Part shown: positions 61,801-64,000 of the stretch, in pieces
How the letters are laid out: each line of letters begins with the position of its first letter
Position numbering within the stretch: position 1 is the stretch's first letter
Source of the DNA: Euglena gracilis
Lineage: Eukaryota
Direction: 5' to 3'
NCBI GenBank assembly: GCA_039621445.1
Contig: CP154954.1
Coordinates: 44,433,847-44,497,846, forward strand
Length of the DNA: 64,000 nt
The notes under the pieces: model-generated
The model's input: the letters and a program-made list of their open reading frames with translations, nothing else
The model's database searches: none
Told to the model about the DNA's origin: nothing
Made by a program: the position numbers and the translations under genes

Positions 61801-63955
61801 ACCTGCCCCGCCTCCAGGCCCATCCGCCCGGAGAGGCGGGCGCATGGGGCTCTGCTGGGAATGAGGCGGTGCGGGCGGGGGAAGGAATGGATTGCAGAGG
61901 GAAGTTGACTTGGGGGAATGGTGTCGTGGCTGTGAGAAGGTATCCGCCCGGTGCATCTCGCACAAACGAGGCTTTGCTGGTTCCCCACTGGTGATGAAAA
62001 GGGAGGAGGGTTGCACGGGAAAAGCCACCCTCTCCTGCTCTTTCCTGAGGACGGTTCACCATCAGCGCGTCTTTTAACGACCCCCTCCCCCAGGTTGTCC
62101 AGTTCAGAGGCTGGAAAACTCGGGCTGCCGGATGAAGGCTGCTGGTTGACCTTGGGGTGCCAGGCTTGGGCTGGAACTGGGCCCAACCCAGGGTCGAACC
62201 GGGAACCCAAATTTCAACACTGCAAAACTCCAAAAAAAAATCTCCAATTGTGCAAAAAGACGATTTTTTTCACCCCAAATTCGTCCTGGCCAGCCCTTTC
62301 CGACCCATTTTTGCCCATTTTCGGCCCATTTTTTGAAGCACCTGAAAGCCAAAATTTCATCACCGTCCAGGGTGGCTTGGAACAAATGATAAAACCCGTT
62401 GATGGGGGGCGTCTAAGCTGGAAAAAGGCTGGCTGGCTCCTCCCTGGGGGTGGGATCGAATTTTCTTCAACTCACCAATCTTTCTGCATCCCTGGCTGCC
62501 GTTCTGTGCCCCCCCCCCCCAAGTGGAAATCACACAAGATGACCATATCCTATTGCCCAGATTGATTCCACTTCCCGCCTGGCCGGAGAACGTCCGTCCA
62601 AAATCAGTCATCACGGCCAGAAGGCAGGTCTTCAGCCCATCCCCCATCTCCGGGCCCCGCGATAAAAAAGCCACCCAGCCTGCGGGGCCGCAGGGCGCCA
62701 TGCCCGCAGGGAGCCGCCCTGCCGGTGGACCATCCAGTCCGCGCACTCCAGCGCCGCCCGGCACGCATGGTACTCGTGGTCCTTGACGGGGGACGGGGCG
62801 TTCCAGAAGGCCATGACGCAGTCACCGGCAGGCGATGGGCCGGGGCTTTGTTGTCCAGAAATGCGGGTCTTGAAAAGCAGGGGATGCCAGTGTTCACGGT
62901 TTTCAAAAACGACAGAGAAAAGGATGTGGTCGGGAAATAAAAAAAAGCACACAACCAACACCCTTCACAGCCCTCCACCCATTACCCCACAACGATGTCA
63001 TCTCGTTTCTGTGCATTACATCCTTTGATCCTGAATCTCTTTGGTAAAGGAAACGCTTGCTGAAATCAACGGCAAATAACTGCGGACAAAGATCAATCCC
63101 TCGTCCAGGAAACCACGAGTATCAAAGAGAAGCAGGGAGTGAGATGCTTCTCCAGCGGGTCTAACACAGCACTCCAAACTCATGCATATGGTCTGGGGCC
63201 AAGGCCCACCCTGGCCGCCAATGTACTTGTCGATCACCCCGCGGCGCCGCACGATGATGGAGGACAGCTCCTCGAAGAACGCGCCGATGCTCTCCACCAG
63301 CTGGGCCCAGGGATCGGCAACAAACAAAAGCCAGAAAAACAAACGCGAACCGCCACCGAACTACCCTGCATTCAGCCTCAGAACAAAGTGCTCTAATTGT
63401 GCCAAGGGCTGGAGCACTGGTGGGCGTGGATTTACCTCGCCAGGTCGGGAAAAACCGCTGCAGACCATTGTCCTTCAGCAATGCAAAGCCCCAGCAGGGG
63501 GGGGGGGAAGATATTTGCAAAAGGAGGGCATTGCAGGAAGTAATCCATCCGGAGACATTTTTGGTGCACAGGGCGAAGCGCCAAGCTGAAAAACCTGCCT
63601 CCCAAAATGCTTCCTGGAGTCAGTCCCTTCCTGGAGTCAGTCTGGCCCTCCTGGTAGGTGGAGGTTTGGTCCGGACCCCCCTCCAATCTAGGAGGGGGGG
63701 GGGGTGTCAACCCCCATCCTGGACACCCTCCATTGTCCCCAGGATTTGATCCACAAAGCTGTTGGGGGAGGTTGAAAACTCATTGCAAAGAACTGATATG
63801 CCCAATCCCACGGGTAATGGGGTTGGGGAACTCTTCTTCTATTGGTGAAAGTTCGTTCTGCCCTCAACGGCATGCGAAGACCTGACTGGGCCGCATCGGT
63901 GGACTCGGTTAGGTTGGTAAAGTTCTCAATGTCAAGGAAGAACACTGTGGCAGCC
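49837..63955 (-). CDS. Adenylyl cyclase B (tandem paralog, 5' part beyond the window): exons ~63888-63955, 63217-63302, 62725-62823, 61732-61838, ~54778-54872, 52756-~52787, 49837-50017
   Basis: ATVFFLDIENFTNLTESTDAAQ|LVESIGAFFEELSSIIVRRRGVIDKYIG|DCVMAFWNAPSPVKDHEYHACRAALECADWMVH|RLSGRMGLEAG..NYTVVGDVVNVA|SRLEGLNKERKTRILIG..|RRLDGVYLKGK|AMGMSVYELL..; highly similar to cyclase A. Confidence 0.9.
50560..51220 (+). pseudogene. Possible degenerate hAT-type transposase remnant
   Basis: QFGKDVGKAFAACNIPM resembles the hAT/CGGBP-like 'F..D+..A+..ANIP' segment. Downstream frameshifted LIVFIEVTRD and PAFRMAI..CMSAH weakly resemble the first-Asp and CxxH motifs. Judged by eye only. Confidence 0.3.
51319..52141. 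mobile_element. hAT-like non-autonomous element with (CCCTGGTCGG)n subterminal repeats
   Basis: TIR caggcacctatgg / ccgtaggtgcctg; perfect 8-bp TSD cttgggaa. Confidence 0.9.
52202..52337. repeat. (GGGATTTGTC)n decamer repeat, two blocks
   Basis: Directly visible; also at ~50084-50113. Confidence 0.9.
55946..56008. other. GC-rich hairpin (17-bp outer stem plus an overlapping 12-bp inner stem)
   Basis: gtcggtgtgcgcaaatg ... catttgcgcacaccgac; inner aaatgcgcacat-cgtcc-atgtgcgcattt. Confidence 0.8.
56526..59021 (-). CDS. Helitron-type HUH Rep endonuclease (Helitron2/Helentron-like); frame open to a stop at 59061-59063, true start uncertain
   Basis: 831-aa ORF: FPTLF, motif I FFTFAPND, motif II EAQSRGSLHGHGVFW (HUH), HRC..C..CRFGMP, motif III YVVGYCTK (Y2), an acidic tract, and the C-terminal linker WAQFVMTLIVPW. 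Confidence 0.92.
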   Translation of the reverse strand: MCFEDLIARGSFPTLFMTYQGIEKNSGLNTETVRHLLYQYDHRFSENRDFVLLLFNQKLRHMALRSISRRLKATPSFLTRFENAVNSVDFKERLAEAMKNPTGSLATKLLMEFLPIIRTCHSIVPFGSSERYATLGKMQAMLAWFGMPSVFFTFAPNDVDNMLTLALCLGKAKLSLKMPETSEKFAAISNNPVAAARIFERQVLAFMKVLLRVPDAQTTRKHESTCSRKVGMHGTPVAAVICTEAQSRGSLHGHGVFWGGIPPHVLDSIIHDEETIKVAARALDSQISTSLSNVVHEKWEQRQREHCPAPRMLEEKEYLPPLPENVQDAYMSITKFAEEVMGALQIHRCFIPSCGKPPAGKFGCRFGMPRACGLLSDETRPHLFVARKVDTGGHDLQEIPLEHVANIAQDPTIDSHLVVWETKRPHKCDGRVVDCSKIVSFVLACNSNAQILGGEVGVLALANYVVGYCTKNPVKLGGVLSVLRHVMDEVEERLGHKIQDKEDYAALLKRVVNAMDRKIEVGAQMAATAVLGFPSWHASHKFVMVNPWHYISNLPALFPNVEQLGDKKTNEDTICVSGATNIGGEGDELCNIDGAAQIRDENNDNDIADEMDNDDDDDEDDSEHEESQNECAENTNKDGDGEDRRMLDATAILMDSRGMDNLDDPFVEEVGTTELVSLLHEGKSIIVGFPAAYNYALRGGELENISALEYAAHFSLQTDANAGSTDGEPCPKVTTFILHDRHLLAGTWVQKMGNQFRCPVLSGKKLPKWPGADGLPRIQNTWAQFVMTLIVPWSIDNPPKISWADFCIFLVDLCICANRPKNHFEHRRYKG
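59152..61560 (-). CDS. Pif1-family SF1B helicase of Helitron type with a C-terminal C2H2-like finger; frame open up to the TIR (61644)
   Basis: AGPGTGKS, MAPSGVAA, GSTCH, LLIDEMSM, PFGG..MGDFVQIPPV, QHR, GLSNGT, FATTFHGVQCRTLD, YVGISRVR; C-terminal CRMGCGRTW..HRKLHEPHC. Confidence 0.95.
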   Translation of the reverse strand: MKSLTTVSQKSSILSAIIRNRNQKKWGTAHPLDINFDALAERSAMQEMRHCTKIQHFHDTLHNLHEAMQKFSNEGFNESDHDEPRLVNVLLKTFARHGEEHGQPMPSPTTSKCFALHINNANPFDPKVPLSDTLNKTYLALKSDDFPRAELGSRVGTNPATVHLCGQSSVLLTEEQESFVKMITDYVQLVCIADPSCKTTAPLVVVHAGPGTGKSTMARELHNRLSMAFGSNVLRFMAPSGVAACNLHRGSTCHHAVGLSVYGEEGMNDTAQDGGREKLYRLRSQFTGCKVLLIDEMSMLTCKMLRDIDKRMRKVCDNNTEPFGGMGVVLMGDFVQIPPVGGGDLYIKPKTQFAGMLDALEGYTLFQSFKVLSLNTQHRAKDPEHMAAVAAYRNFSLQGLQARDTFLASLKMITASDFQRDRSWSNALIVSTDRKCVHMVNEVMVRLCAESMRKPIIKWKLPLKNDFAACIGEDLQNVMYAKVKDLWAYVVEGCPITLTYNIRPERGLSNGTRAFIHSLVLNEHDLQETLERISGALPGEIITLEYPPYAVNVVVSGEVTGDAALGVTEEGGRIIPLFSMPREVNVARYMHLSSKKRGIVTVMAHPFNLLFATTFHGVQCRTLDKIILCVDHPITPTLSYNAFYVGISRVRRTEDIRLIQLRSNDDLCTIVRRLRSLLPRAQLVNYMCQHKSMPMTFKHLQNLYLQVGISYDGKGADKVLKPGADNVLKFQCRKARNEHEKICATILQHSGLYACRMGCGRTWTKDAHRKLHEPHCKSLHNPANGDVLHCIASLGSFEPSTQ

Positions 63956-64000
63956 GTTGGGGCAGAGGGGGACCAGCAAAATATCTTCAGGAGAATCTCT

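Overview
Repeat-rich eukaryotic DNA, most likely from a euglenid (Euglena-like). The inference rests on exons joined by non-GT-AG introns of the form 5'-NNN-CAG...CTG-N5/6-3' and on TTAGGG tracts. The window holds two tandem minus-strand paralogs of a class III adenylyl cyclase. Copy A (~19.7-37.9 kb) looks nearly complete, with a TM-sensor-TM-HAMP-cyclase layout. Copy B runs from 49.8 kb past the right edge. Introns and intergenic DNA are packed with MITEs (hAT-like with 8-bp TSDs; Tc1/mariner-like with TA TSDs), foldback palindromes, a tandem array and microsatellites. Two observations stand out. (1) A 6.6-kb element (55013-61649) in an intron of cyclase B has symmetric CTTAGG..CCTAAG TIRs and a 5-bp TSD, and carries an open Helitron-type Pif1 helicase ORF placed before an open HUH Rep ORF. 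This is a circularly permuted RepHel that would be rejoined in frame only across a circle junction. (2) Several nonconventional introns are recognisably CAG..CTG hAT-type insertions whose 8-bp TSD is split 3+5 by the inferred splice sites, and these introns differ between the two paralogs. All splice sites were inferred by hand from reading frame and motif; there is no transcript evidence. Most short ORFs in the track are spurious translations of repeats.
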